This document shows positions 18,939-29,484 of a DNA stretch of 59,640 nucleotides, in pieces (within the stretch, counting starts at the first letter, position 1; every line of letters starts with the position of its first letter). The notes beneath the pieces are model-generated. The model searched no databases. It worked only from the letters and a program-made list of their open reading frames with translations, and was not told the DNA's origin. Source of the DNA: Deltaproteobacteria bacterium. Its GTDB lineage: Bacteria; JAEEML01. The stretch lies in assembly GCA_016283195.1 (NCBI GenBank), contig JAEEML010000144.1, positions 1 through 59,640 of the forward strand, in the 5' to 3' direction. Both the position numbers and the translations under genes were made by a program.

Positions 18939-20972
18939 TTACTCCAAAGTGGCTAAAAACTGCCCCAGAGCATTAACTACTTCGTCGGCCGAAGCCGGGG
19001 CATTCATATCGGTAATATCTAATAATTCCAAGGGAATAGGATCCAAAAAACGCGAAGGAGTGCGCTTTTGCTCCTTGCCTCTTATGAGGCGCTTATCGGC
19101 TCTCGTCATAATGAGCTCATCTTTAGCCCGCGTAATACCCACATAGCAAAGGCGCCGCTCTTCGGCTATATCGGTAATTATGGCATCGGTGGCGTGCGGG
19201 GAGAGCGTGCGCTCATGAGGCAAAAGCCCCTCTTCCAGCCCCATCAATATAACATGACGAAATTCCAGCCCTTTAGCTCCGTGAAGCGTGGAGAGAGTAA
19301 CCCGCTCACCGCTCTCTTTTTCTTCACCCACTTCCACATCCATTAAGGAGACGCGATTAATAAATTCCTCCAATAGCGGCTGATTTACCTCGCGCATATA
19401 AGCTTGCAAACTTTCCAAAAAGCCGAGGACATTACCCCAACGGGCCTCAAAGGCCTTGCCGCTGCCGCCGGCTGTGGCCGTTTGAATATCTTCATAGAGG
19501 CCGATGGCTTTGATATATTCTTCCATCACCTCATCTAACTTGCGATTTTTATGCAGAAATTCATCTGTAAAATGCTTTATGAGGCTAAGAAAATCACTAA
19601 TCGGTTTCAGCGCTCTATCTTTATCGCCTAAAATTTCCGGCGCTTTTTCCACTGCCTCTATCAGGAGCTTATGCTCGCTTTCGGCCCAAGCCGAGAGCTT
19701 ATTCAGCGTCACTGCCCCAATACCGCGGGCCGGATAATTGATAACCCGCCTAAGGCTTATTTCTTCACCGTAATGGGTGATGAGTTTTAAATAGGCCAAA
19801 AGGTCTTTAACCTCTTTTTTATCAAAAAAGGAAGTGCCGCCGATAATTCTATAGGGCACTCTTAAAGACCTTAGCTCTAATTCCAGGGGGCGGGCTGTCA
19901 AATTGGAGCGGTAGAGCACAGCAATATCACTTGGGCGATAACCATCGCGAACAATTAAGGAATCAATGTGCTCGGCTACCCAGCGGCATTCGCAGTCACC
20001 GTCGCGCTGGATGACAAGGCGCACTTTGGGGCCGGCATCGCGCACGGGAATCATGGCTTTGGGGTGGCGATCTTTATTTACCGCTATCACTTTGTTGGCC
20101 ACTGCCAAAATGTGGCCATGGGAGCGATAATTGCGCATGAGATAAATTATTTTCGCCCCAGGGAAATCATCGGAAAAATTAAGAATATTCTGCACCTTAG
20201 CTCCGCGCCAGCCATAGATGGCTTGGTCGTCGTCGCCAACGACACAGACATTTTTATGCTCGCCGGCAATGGCTTTTAAAAGGCGCATTTGCGCTGTATT
20301 GGTATCCTGATATTCATCGACAAGCACATATTGAAAGCGCTCGGCCCAGCGGCGGCGGCAATTTTCATCCGCTTCCATCATCATCGTGGGTTTTACTACC
20401 AGATCGTCAAAATCATAAGCCGAAAAGGCGGTCATTTGCTCCAAATAAAGGGGATAAAGCTCTATGGCCGCCGCTTCATATTCATCGCTACTAGGGGTTA
20501 TTTCCAAATCCTTAGGCAGAATAAAGTCGTTTTTATAGCCGCTGATACGCGTTAAAACCGCTTCCAAATCCAGTGAGCGCTCAAGTTGATAACGGCGCAC
20601 AATCTCTTTTAAGCAAGAGAGCTGGTCGCTACTGCCGTAAACGGTAAAAGGGCGGGCATTTTCCGCCAGTTTGGCTTCGGCTTTGAGCATTAAAAGACCA
20701 AGACTGTGAAAGGTGCTCATAGTCACCCGGCTCGCTTTGCGCCCCACCATACTTTTAAGGCGGTGCTTCATCTCATTGGCCGCTTTATTGGTAAAAGTCA
20801 CCGCCAGAATATTTTGCGGAGCTATACCGTTATCAATCATCTCGGCAATGCGGTGCGTGATAACCCGCGTCTTACCGCTCCCGGCCCCGGCCAGCACCAA
20901 AAGCGGGCCGTGAATAGTGGTAACGGCATCAGCCTGTTCCGGATTTAAATTATTAAGCCAACGTGATGCCAT
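18939..20972 (-). CDS. UvrD/Rep/PcrA superfamily 1 DNA helicase
   Basis: AGAGSGKT, VDEYQDTN, VGDDDQAIYGWRGA, STLHGAKGLEF, EERRLCYVGITRA. Confidence 0.95.
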   Translation of the reverse strand: MASRWLNNLNPEQADAVTTIHGPLLVLAGAGSGKTRVITHRIAEMIDNGIAPQNILAVTFTNKAANEMKHRLKSMVGRKASRVTMSTFHSLGLLMLKAEAKLAENARPFTVYGSSDQLSCLKEIVRRYQLERSLDLEAVLTRISGYKNDFILPKDLEITPSSDEYEAAAIELYPLYLEQMTAFSAYDFDDLVVKPTMMMEADENCRRRWAERFQYVLVDEYQDTNTAQMRLLKAIAGEHKNVCVVGDDDQAIYGWRGAKVQNILNFSDDFPGAKIIYLMRNYRSHGHILAVANKVIAVNKDRHPKAMIPVRDAGPKVRLVIQRDGDCECRWVAEHIDSLIVRDGYRPSDIAVLYRSNLTARPLELELRSLRVPYRIIGGTSFFDKKEVKDLLAYLKLITHYGEEISLRRVINYPARGIGAVTLNKLSAWAESEHKLLIEAVEKAPEILGDKDRALKPISDFLSLIKHFTDEFLHKNRKLDEVMEEYIKAIGLYEDIQTATAGGSGKAFEARWGNVLGFLESLQAYMREVNQPLLEEFINRVSLMDVEVGEEKESGERVTLSTLHGAKGLEFRHVILMGLEEGLLPHERTLSPHATDAIITDIAEERRLCYVGITRAKDELIMTRADKRLIRGKEQKRTPSRFLDPIPLELLDITDMNAPASADEVVNALGQFLATLE

Positions 20973-20981
20973 AATGCGCCC

Positions 20982-21869
20982 TTAGCGCCCTTCTGCTTGG
21001 GCCTCGGTCGCCGCATCTAAAATATTGCCCCTAATTTCGGAGCCGGTATTTAAAAGAGCCAGATCTTTAATAGCGCTGATAGAAAGTTGCGGTTCTCCGC
21101 GAAAAGTGCCGACGACAAAACGGCCGCTTAGCTCGGCTCCAGCGCCCCAAGAGAGAGGCAAAACCGGCTCCAGCATGGCATTCCAAATAATGAGATCCAT
21201 CGCACTCGTGCCATCGCTCACTGTAAAGCGCCAGGGCCTACTGGTGTGCGCTCCGGGCTGTTGCACACTTAAAACCTGCACTTTTAATTTAACAGCCCCG
21301 CGAATACCCTCTTCTCTTATTTGCTGCAAACTCTTTTGCGGCAGCTCCTGCTCTTTGATAACAAGAGTATCCGCATCTTTCATCACCAAATAATAATCGC
21401 CGTAAGCATCGCTCTGCACCGTACCGGCTACTGTCACCACATCGCCAAGGCGCGGCACTTTGTCATGTAAAACCAAATCGCGAGCCATATTTTTATGGGC
21501 TTTAACAGCTATGGAGCCGCTCTCATCGTCTATAAAAAGGGTAATTTCGCCCACCCCGTCGGCCCGCTGAATAATCCGGGCATCACGCACCAAAGTGCCG
21601 GAAATTTCCACATAAGCCGCATTCATGGTGCCGCCGATTTCTTCTATTTTTATCGGCTGCGGGCGGGAAAAAAGGGCCGCCAAATAAAGCATGGGTATGC
21701 CTATTAAGGCGAGAGCCAAACAGGCTACCCGCACATAAAGAAGAGGCACAACCTTGTCTTTAGCTTTTTTCGGCCCATCATTGTTTATAATGAGCTCGGT
21801 GGCGGTTTTTTCCAGCACTTCGGTTTTGGTATTTTCGCCGAAAATCTCGGTTTTACTCACTTCATCCAT
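20982..21869 (-). CDS. Membrane-anchored tandem OB-fold protein
   Basis: TM helix then IDDESGSIAV and VSDGTSAMDL OB-like strands. Confidence 0.6.
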   Translation of the reverse strand: MDEVSKTEIFGENTKTEVLEKTATELIINNDGPKKAKDKVVPLLYVRVACLALALIGIPMLYLAALFSRPQPIKIEEIGGTMNAAYVEISGTLVRDARIIQRADGVGEITLFIDDESGSIAVKAHKNMARDLVLHDKVPRLGDVVTVAGTVQSDAYGDYYLVMKDADTLVIKEQELPQKSLQQIREEGIRGAVKLKVQVLSVQQPGAHTSRPWRFTVSDGTSAMDLIIWNAMLEPVLPLSWGAGAELSGRFVVGTFRGEPQLSISAIKDLALLNTGSEIRGNILDAATEAQAEGR

Positions 21870-22416
21870 TATTAACCCATTTATTATAAGCCTTTACCGC
21901 CATCATGGCTATGGCTTCCGGCAAATACGCTCCGCTGTCTATTACCATATTGTAACCGCTTGTATCGGCCAAATCCAGGCTGTAGAGCTTCAAAAAACGC
22001 TCGCGCTCTAGCTGCTCGCGCTCTTCCATAAGCCTAGCCGCCTGCAGGATATTTTGCTCATCGCGCTGCGAACAGCGACGAGCTCTTTCGTTTACATCGG
22101 TGTTTAAAAAGAGCGTAAAAGCCTTAATGTGCTCGCGCTGGGCCAAGAGACCGGCCAGGCGCCCTTCCAAAATAATACCTCCGCAACGAGCCAGTTCCAC
22201 TTGGCGCAAATCAAGTTGCTGATCAATCTGCGGATGGCCGGCGACATAAGCGCCAAAGTCGCCCAAAGACATCTGGTACTCGGCAGCCATCTGGCGAAAG
22301 ATAGAGCCGGTATTGACATAATCAAGGCCGGTTTGCGCGGCAATCAGCCTGGCGGCGGTAGTTGTGCCGCTGCCCGGCGGTCCACTGATGGTAATGGCTG
22401 GCTTTTTTTCTTCCAT
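21862..22416 (-). CDS. cmk: Cytidylate kinase, archaeal type
   Basis: ITISGPPGSGTTT, GSIFRQMA, ILEGRLAG; about 180 aa. Confidence 0.82.
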   Translation of the reverse strand: MEEKKPAITISGPPGSGTTTAARLIAAQTGLDYVNTGSIFRQMAAEYQMSLGDFGAYVAGHPQIDQQLDLRQVELARCGGIILEGRLAGLLAQREHIKAFTLFLNTDVNERARRCSQRDEQNILQAARLMEEREQLERERFLKLYSLDLADTSGYNMVIDSGAYLPEAIAMMAVKAYNKWVNNG

Positions 22417-22425
22417 AACGCACCT

Positions 22426-22905
22426 TTATCCTTTTTTGTTCATTAAATACATGGTGGGGGTAAAACCCATGCGCCGCCAAAAAGGGTTGCTTTCTTCATT
22501 AAAAATGGAGGCCCTAAGCTCCACATAGTTAATCCCCCGCGCTTTAAACCAACTGTTTACATGAGCATATAAAAGCCGGCCCACACCGTGGCGGCGGTGG
22601 GCGGAAGTAACCATAAAATCAACTATTTCGCCAAAATAAGCCACTTTAAAAAGCGGCTCGGCGCGGCCAATAGTAGCTAAAGCGTAGCCTATTATCCTGC
22701 CGGCTTCTTCAGCCACCAGCACCAGCGCATTATCATTATTATTTATATGGCGCCGCACTATCTGGCTATAATGGTAAGGCGCGTTCTCACCGCGAGCAAA
22801 ATCGGTATCAAGAGCGGCGTGCATATCAATGAGTTCCACCCAAAGATCGGTCACGGCCGCCACATCGGCAATAGTGGCCGGCCTTATTGTCACCAAAGCG
22901 GACAT
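22426..22905 (-). CDS. GNAT acetyltransferase
   Basis: HRRHGVGRLL acetyl-CoA motif; N..S..FWRRMGF. Confidence 0.88.
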   Translation of the reverse strand: MSALVTIRPATIADVAAVTDLWVELIDMHAALDTDFARGENAPYHYSQIVRRHINNNDNALVLVAEEAGRIIGYALATIGRAEPLFKVAYFGEIVDFMVTSAHRRHGVGRLLYAHVNSWFKARGINYVELRASIFNEESNPFWRRMGFTPTMYLMNKKG

Positions 22906-23972
22906 TAATTCTCCCTTAAACCGCGGCGCCGGCAGCGGGGTGGGGTTTTATTTAAGCCGCTTTTGCCAAAGGCGATGGGCAAGCTGGCCTCCGCCGTGAG
23001 TTCAAAAGATGAACGTTCACCGCGCTCCAGGCGGCAAAGAGCGGCAGCGCCCACCATAGCCGCATTGTCGGTGCAAAGTATGCGCTCCGGCAAATGGACA
23101 AAAACATTCCTCTCGGCGCCGGCCATAGCCATTTTTTCCCTAAGGCGCGAATTGGCCGATACACCGCCGCCCAAAACCAGGCCGGGAAGTTTTTCGCGCT
23201 TTAGGGCTTTCATGCTTTTTTCTACTAAAGTATCCACCACCGCTTCAATAAAAGAGGCGGCAAAATCAGCCAGATGGGCCGGGCTTTTTATAGGCCTGGC
23301 ACTAAGTTCGTTGCAAGCTGCCGTTTTGAGGCCGGAAAAGCTCATATCAAGCTGCGATTTACCGCTACGCATAGGCCGCGGAAAGGCAATGGCTTTAGGA
23401 TCTCCTCCCTTGGCCGCCCGCTCCAAAGCCACACCGCCGGGGAAGCCAAGGCCCAAAATTTTCGACACTTTGTCAAAAGCTTCGCCGGCAGCATCATCGC
23501 GGGTGCTGCCTAAAAAGGAATATTGGCCAAAATCATCCACTCGCAAGAGCAGTGTATGGCCGCCGCTGACAATAAGAGCCGCATGCGGATAAGGCGGCGG
23601 TTCTTTAGCCAGAAGACTGGCACTTAGGTGGCCTTCTATATGATGAATGCCAATCCAGGGCAGACCGGTAACGGCAGCAATGCCCTTTACAGCCTGCAGC
23701 CCCACCAAAAGCGAACCTATAAGCCCCGGGCCGTAAGTAACAGCCAGAGCATCAAGGTCGGAAAAGCTCACCATAGCTACGCGCATAGCTTCATCTATAG
23801 TGGGAATAATGCGGGCGATATGCTCTCTGGAAGCGAGCTCCGGCACCACTCCGCCATAAGGGCGATGAATACTGTCCTGACTATGGATAATGTTGGATAA
23901 AATATGGCGCTCGCCGTCCAAAACCGCGGCCGAAGTATCATCACATGACGATTCTATTGCTAAAAGCTTCAC
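22905..23972 (-). CDS. tsaD: tRNA t6A biosynthesis protein TsaD
   Basis: IESSCDDT, GGVVPELASREH, HHIEGH, DDAAGEAFDK, CTDNAAM. Confidence 0.96.
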   Translation of the reverse strand: MKLLAIESSCDDTSAAVLDGERHILSNIIHSQDSIHRPYGGVVPELASREHIARIIPTIDEAMRVAMVSFSDLDALAVTYGPGLIGSLLVGLQAVKGIAAVTGLPWIGIHHIEGHLSASLLAKEPPPYPHAALIVSGGHTLLLRVDDFGQYSFLGSTRDDAAGEAFDKVSKILGLGFPGGVALERAAKGGDPKAIAFPRPMRSGKSQLDMSFSGLKTAACNELSARPIKSPAHLADFAASFIEAVVDTLVEKSMKALKREKLPGLVLGGGVSANSRLREKMAMAGAERNVFVHLPERILCTDNAAMVGAAALCRLERGERSSFELTAEASLPIAFGKSGLNKTPPRCRRRGLREN

Positions 23973-24062
23973 TCAAAAGCCTCATTTTGCCTGATTTTTC
24001 AAAGGAAACCGGCAAAAACTCCATGATAAATAAATGCAAACTATTTAATAACTGCCGGCAAC

Positions 24063-24992
24063 TCAGTTGGCTGCCACAATGTAACCGCCGTCAAGCAGCT
24101 GGATTATAAGCTCACAAACAGCCAGGTCACTCGCCGGCGAGTGATCCAGCACTTCCACAAATTGGCTGTGATTATGCACCAGTTGCAAAACATCCAGTTG
24201 TTCGGGCGATAACTTATTCAGCGGCGGCTCAAGCGGAACCGGTATTTCCAAAAAGGCGTTTTCATCCGGCAGCTTAGCGCTAAGGCGGCCTATTTCGTCC
24301 ATTTGGCGCATAGCTTCCAATAAAAGCCCTTCACTACTGCTTTGAATGCGCCGCGCCTCTTCTATTTGCACCTCACACGGAATAAACTCAAATTGCCCCT
24401 TGGTCCAGCGCATGATGCGGTAAAAGCTCTTGGCGCCGGAAACGGTATTTTTACCATCAATAATGGCATCCCCAACCATGCCGCTATCCAGGAGAATCTC
24501 CCCATCATGACCGGCACTTTCAATATGCAATTTGCCACTCTTTTTTAAATTAAAAAGCAGTTGCAAAACATCCACCACCGGCACTTGATCAATAGCTCCG
24601 CTCATGGTGCTGCTGGAAGCTTGGCGATTATCGGAAGCTTTTTGGGCCATTTGCTCTCGCACAATGGCGGCATCAGGAAGCTTTTCATCGGCGCTGGCGG
24701 TATCAAGACGCAAAATAGAGCTACCTATCAAAAGTGTATCACCAACCGTGAGTTTGACCGGCTCTTCCTGGCGTTCGCCGTTGACAAAAGTGCCGTTGGT
24801 GGAACCCATATCGCGCACTTGCCAATCATCACCAGCGCCGTAAATAAGGGCATGGTGGCGGGAAGAGAGGCTGTCATCCAGAATTATAGATTGCTCTAAA
24901 CCACGGCCAATGGATATTTCGCCGCTTTCGGGCAAGGGGTAAAGAGCTCCCTGATACGGGCCGGCGATAAAACGGAGGATTAAATTACTCAT
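24063..24992 (-). CDS. FHA + DUF4388 domain protein
   Basis: IGRG, SRHHA, DMGSTNGTFVNG; MSGAIDQVPVVDVLQLL...WTKGQFEF. Confidence 0.85.
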   Translation of the reverse strand: MSNLILRFIAGPYQGALYPLPESGEISIGRGLEQSIILDDSLSSRHHALIYGAGDDWQVRDMGSTNGTFVNGERQEEPVKLTVGDTLLIGSSILRLDTASADEKLPDAAIVREQMAQKASDNRQASSSTMSGAIDQVPVVDVLQLLFNLKKSGKLHIESAGHDGEILLDSGMVGDAIIDGKNTVSGAKSFYRIMRWTKGQFEFIPCEVQIEEARRIQSSSEGLLLEAMRQMDEIGRLSAKLPDENAFLEIPVPLEPPLNKLSPEQLDVLQLVHNHSQFVEVLDHSPASDLAVCELIIQLLDGGYIVAAN

Positions 24993-25134
24993 GGCAACTC
25001 CATGGCCTCTTAATGAAGGCACCGGCGCATAATAGCAAACTCTTTCTTCCTTGTCTTGTAAAAGGTAATAAAAAAATGTATTACCGCTTTTACGCCGGAC
25101 AGCTTTGCCGGAAGAGATAAAATAAGGAGGCTTT

Positions 25135-25860
25135 ATGCGTTTAGACGGCCGGGAAAACAACCAAATTCGTCCCCTATCAATAGAAACCAATTACGTTATG
25201 CACCCTGAAGGCTCGGTTCTCATATCCATGGGCAATACCAAGGTTTTGGTAAATGCCACCGTGGAAAACCGGGTACCGCAATGGCTTTTGGGCCAGGGCA
25301 AGGGCTGGATAACCGCCGAATACAGTATGCTGCCCCGCGCGACAGCCCAAAGAACCCAGCGTGAGCGGGTTGGCGGCAAGCCCAACAGCCGCTCTTTGGA
25401 AATTTCGCGCCTCATCGGCCGCAGCGTCCGCACCATGGTTGACCTAACAGCTCTGGGCGAGCGCACTATTACCATTGATTGCGATGTCATCCAAGCCGAC
25501 GGCGGCACGCGCACTACTTCTATAAACGGCGCCTCTCTGGCTTTGGAAATAGCTCTTAACAAGCTGGTAGAGAGCGGTCAGCTCAAAAAGAGCCCGCTTA
25601 TCGGCCGGGTGGCCGCTATTTCCATCGGGGTAGCCGACGGAAATAGCATTGTTGACTTAAATTACGACGAAGATTCTCACGCCGAAGTCGATATGAACGT
25701 GGTGATGGACGAGCACGGCAATTTTATTGAAATTCAAGGCACCGCCGAGCGCAATCCCTTCTCCAAAGAGCGCCTAGATGAGCTTTTGGGCCTGGCTAAA
25801 GGCGCTATAGACGATATTTTTAAAGAGCTAAGCGTTAAACGCGCCGAGGCTATAAAATAA
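25135..25860 (+). CDS. rph: Ribonuclease PH
   Basis: [34 protein letters not shown]. Confidence 0.96.
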   Translation: MRLDGRENNQIRPLSIETNYVMHPEGSVLISMGNTKVLVNATVENRVPQWLLGQGKGWITAEYSMLPRATAQRTQRERVGGKPNSRSLEISRLIGRSVRTMVDLTALGERTITIDCDVIQADGGTRTTSINGASLALEIALNKLVESGQLKKSPLIGRVAAISIGVADGNSIVDLNYDEDSHAEVDMNVVMDEHGNFIEIQGTAERNPFSKERLDELLGLAKGAIDDIFKELSVKRAEAIK

Positions 25861-25862
25861 TT

Positions 25863-26471
25863 ATGCCGAAAATAGTTCTTGCCACATCAAATGCTCATAA
25901 GTTAGCTGAATTTCAGGTTATTCTGGCTCCGCTCGGGCTGGAGCTTGTGAGCCTTTCTGCCTTTCCGCCCATAAACATCATTGAAGACGGCGCCACTTTT
26001 GCCGAAAATTCTTACAAAAAAGCGGCGGCCGTTTTTAAAGCTACCGGCCTCCCCTCTCTGGCCGATGATTCCGGTCTGGCCGTCAATGCTCTGGATGGCG
26101 CTCCGGGGATTCACTCGGCCCGTTTTTCCGGTGTTTCCGGCCCGGACAAAGATAGAGCCAACCGCGAAAAGCTTTTAAAAGAGCTCAAAAATGTGCCTCT
26201 GGAAAAGCGGGGCGCAGCCTTCCACTGCGCTATTACTCTCATTGAAGAAAACGGCTCCGTGCATACTTTTAACGGCATTTCCCCGGGGCATATTGCCTTT
26301 AGCGAGCGCGGCGAAAACGGTTTTGGTTATGACAGCCTCTTTATCCCCGAGGGCTATAGCGAAAGCTTTGCCGAACTTAGCCCGGAAATAAAAAACAGCT
26401 TAAGCCACCGCGGGCGGGCAGCCCAAAAGTTAATAGCTTATTTAAAAGAGCAAAAGTTGGCTAAGGCTTAG
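25863..26471 (+). CDS. rdgB: dITP/XTP pyrophosphatase
   Basis: ATSNAHK, ADDSGL, GFGYD, SHRGRA; follows rph. Confidence 0.95.
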   Translation: MPKIVLATSNAHKLAEFQVILAPLGLELVSLSAFPPINIIEDGATFAENSYKKAAAVFKATGLPSLADDSGLAVNALDGAPGIHSARFSGVSGPDKDRANREKLLKELKNVPLEKRGAAFHCAITLIEENGSVHTFNGISPGHIAFSERGENGFGYDSLFIPEGYSESFAELSPEIKNSLSHRGRAAQKLIAYLKEQKLAKA

Positions 26472-26494
26472 TGGCACTAAAATAAGCGCTTAAA

Positions 26495-27643
26495 TTAATC
26501 CACAATAATCTTGGGCGCAAAGGGCGCAAAGCGGGTCACCACCTCGTAATTAATGGTGTTACACCAGGCGGCTATTTGCTCGGCACTGATGCTTTCCTCG
26601 CCCTGGCGGCCCATTATCACCACTTCGTCTTCCAGCTTTACATCGGGAATATCGGTAATATCCACCATCGTGAGATTCATAGCCACGCGGCCGCGCACCG
26701 GAGCGCGCCGGCCGTTAATGAGCACATAGCCAATGCCGGAATTGTGGCGCTCAAAGCCATCAAAATAACCGATAGGCAAAATGGCCAGCTTAGTGGGCCT
26801 TGAAGTGCGGTAAGTACAGCCGTAGCTGATATATGAATCAGCAGGGATCTCTTTAATATGCGCCACCTTGGTATGGATGCTCATCACCGGCTCCAAACGG
26901 ATGGATACGCCGCTATCGTGGCAGGAGAGGAGTGTCTCCCGCGAGGGCCAAAGGCCATAGAGGGCTATGCCGGCGCGCACTAAATCCATGCGCGTCTCGG
27001 GGAAGAGCATAATGGCCGCGCTGCAAGCCGTGTGATGCACGGGCACCTTAAAGCCCAGCTCTTTTTCCAGCTTGCCCACCAGTTCATTATAATTGGCCAG
27101 TTGCTGCATGGCGTAGCTGTGGTCGGTGGTGTCTTCTATATTGGCATAATGCGAATAGATCCCCTTTAGCTCAAGATGCGGATTCTCAGCAATAAAGCGT
27201 CCCAAAGGTATTAGCTCACCTGGCATGGCGCCAAGGCGGTTGGTGCCTGTCTCCACTTTGATGTGGAGAGCGGCTTTTTTACCCACTTTAGCAGCGGCGG
27301 CAGCAGCCCAGGTGGCATATTCGATACCGGAGCAGTTAAGCTCAGCGCCGTTTTCTATAGCCCACTCCATATCGCTCTTTTGCACATAGCCTACAATAAT
27401 AATAGGCTGCTTATGGCCGGCTTCTCTAAGGCGGGCCACATCATCGGCGCAGTGCACCACAAAAGCATCAACATAAGGGCTTATTATGGAAGCTACTTCC
27501 AAAATACCGTGGCCATAGGCATTGGATTTGATAACTCCGGCCAGTTTACGCTCCGGACCGACCAGTTTTCTGAGCTCGGTAATATTATTTAAAAGGGCTT
27601 TTTTGCTGATACCCACATAAACAAGGTCGGATTTATTGTACAT
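26495..27643 (-). CDS. alr: Alanine racemase
   Basis: VIKSNAYGHG PLP lysine; VRAGIALYG; IGYFDG. Confidence 0.93.
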   Translation of the reverse strand: MYNKSDLVYVGISKKALLNNITELRKLVGPERKLAGVIKSNAYGHGILEVASIISPYVDAFVVHCADDVARLREAGHKQPIIIVGYVQKSDMEWAIENGAELNCSGIEYATWAAAAAAKVGKKAALHIKVETGTNRLGAMPGELIPLGRFIAENPHLELKGIYSHYANIEDTTDHSYAMQQLANYNELVGKLEKELGFKVPVHHTACSAAIMLFPETRMDLVRAGIALYGLWPSRETLLSCHDSGVSIRLEPVMSIHTKVAHIKEIPADSYISYGCTYRTSRPTKLAILPIGYFDGFERHNSGIGYVLINGRRAPVRGRVAMNLTMVDITDIPDVKLEDEVVIMGRQGEESISAEQIAAWCNTINYEVVTRFAPFAPKIIVD

Positions 27644-27644
27644 T

Positions 27645-28727
27645 TTATGCTTCCCTCGGCGCTTTTTTATGGCGCTTTTCATAAATAAGAAAGAAGGAGA
27701 CCATAGCTACGCCCAAAACGGCGGTAAAAAGTGTTAATAACTCGTTTAGCCCCAAAGAGGCCGGAAAAATATTAGAGAGGTATAATGTCTCGGCAAAAGG
27801 CGTACCGGCAGCGATAATATGCTTTTCTCTAAAGGGCCAGATAGTCCAGAGCGAGCCCACCATAAGGCCGCTCAAAAAGCCCATAGTCTCATCGCTAAAA
27901 TGTTTTAAAAGAAAATTTAAAAAGCGGGAAAAAGCCAAAAGGCCAATAAGGCAGCCCAGGCCAAAGACCAGAATTATGGGAATATTATAGCTGGAAAGAG
28001 CATTTAAAATATCAAAATAGAGCCCCATGGCCAGGAGCAGAAAAGAGCCGGAAATTCCCGGCAAAATCATAGCCGAAATGGCAATAGCTCCGGCGGCCAG
28101 GTAAAGGGCATAGCGTAAAAGCGAGCTCTCTTTATTGCCTATAGCGGCCAGTTTATTCTCTATTTCCGCACTCTTTGCGGCATCACCGCCAGCTATGGCC
28201 TGCGCTCTCTCGGCTTTTAGCACTTTAATAGCCGCTTTTTGCTCGGCGCTATTTATTTTGCTCTCTTTGGACATTAAAAAATCGCTGCCGGCGCCAACAC
28301 CTATACCCACAAAAGCCATAATAAAAACAGCAACTTTACGGCGTTTTATCAATTGCCACGGCACTATTACCGAGGCCAAAACCAGGCCAAAGAAAAAGCC
28401 GTATGTCGGGTCATGGAAAGCAGTCAAAAGGATGGTCATCACTTTGGCGAGCGCCAAAATGGCCACCCCGGCACCAATAGCCAGGAGCAATAAGAAAGGT
28501 ACATCAAGGCGTTTTAATTCGGCTATAGCAGCGGCGCGGCGCGCCTTATCCCGGCTTACTATCCCTAAAATCTTTTGGAGTGCAGAGACATTTATTTGGC
28601 TTATATCGTTTAAGAGGCGTTCATAAATGCCCAAAATAAGGGCCATCGTGCCGCCGGAGACACCGGGGATGATATTAGCCAGCCCTACAGCCACACCTTT
28701 GAAAAATGTGAAGAGCCGCTCTTTCAT
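27645..28727 (-). CDS. DUF368 membrane protein (undecaprenyl-phosphate translocase family)
   Basis: Duplicated PGVSGG / PGISGS motifs. Confidence 0.9.
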   Translation of the reverse strand: MKERLFTFFKGVAVGLANIIPGVSGGTMALILGIYERLLNDISQINVSALQKILGIVSRDKARRAAAIAELKRLDVPFLLLLAIGAGVAILALAKVMTILLTAFHDPTYGFFFGLVLASVIVPWQLIKRRKVAVFIMAFVGIGVGAGSDFLMSKESKINSAEQKAAIKVLKAERAQAIAGGDAAKSAEIENKLAAIGNKESSLLRYALYLAAGAIAISAMILPGISGSFLLLAMGLYFDILNALSSYNIPIILVFGLGCLIGLLAFSRFLNFLLKHFSDETMGFLSGLMVGSLWTIWPFREKHIIAAGTPFAETLYLSNIFPASLGLNELLTLFTAVLGVAMVSFFLIYEKRHKKAPREA

Positions 28728-28762
28728 GAAATTACCGGAAGGATAGCCTAAACAGCAAGAAA

Positions 28763-28996
28763 TTATTCAAGAATTTCCAGCATGGCACGGTTTTCTGTTT
28801 TGTTGGAAACAGCTTTTAAAATTGTGCGCATGGCTTTGGCTGTGCGCCCTCTTTTGCCAATAACCTTGCCCAGATCGCCACTGGCTACTTTTAATTCAAA
28901 AACTGTGCCGCCGTGTTCACCGTTACGCACACCAACGTGCACATCGTCCGGCGAATCCACCAGCGAACGAGCCATAAATTCAACTAGTTGTTTCAT
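28763..28996 (-). CDS. khpA: KH-domain RNA-binding protein KhpA
   Basis: DLGKVIGKRGRTAKAMR; downstream of rpsP. Confidence 0.92.
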   Translation of the reverse strand: MKQLVEFMARSLVDSPDDVHVGVRNGEHGGTVFELKVASGDLGKVIGKRGRTAKAMRTILKAVSNKTENRAMLEILE

Positions 28997-29059
28997 AACC
29001 GACTTCTCCTTATTCTTGTTTGGCCGCCCATAGCGGCAGAAAAAGTGAGCAAGCGGTTA

Positions 29060-29308
29060 TTATTTGGCCTCTTTTTTGGCTTTGGCAATGAGGTTGGCCA
29101 CAGTGGTGCTGGGAGTAGCTCCGACTTTGAGCCATTTTTCCAGCAATTCGCCCTTTAAAGAGAGCTCATTGCCTTTGTCTTGGGGATTATAAGTGCCGAT
29201 GCGCTCCAAAAAGCTGCCATCGCGCGCTACGCGGGAATCAGTGGCAACTATACGATAAAATGGATGTTTTTTGGAACCGCCTCTGGTCAAACGAATTTTA
29301 ACCGCCAT
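29060..29308 (-). CDS. rpsP: 30S ribosomal protein S16
   Basis: [21 protein letters not shown]...RDG...GTYNP. Confidence 0.97.
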   Translation of the reverse strand: MAVKIRLTRGGSKKHPFYRIVATDSRVARDGSFLERIGTYNPQDKGNELSLKGELLEKWLKVGATPSTTVANLIAKAKKEAK

Positions 29309-29484
29309 ATTCTTTTCCTTTTCCTTAAAAATCTCCCGCATTTTAAAAGCGGGATAAGTAATCCTATATAAACCGGCGAGCTACCAGCTCGCGTGCGGAG
29401 GCCTTATAGCAAAAGTAAAATTTTTTTTCAACTATTTTTGTTGCTTTTGCCGTTTAAGCATGAATTTTTCGCTCAAAAGTCATC

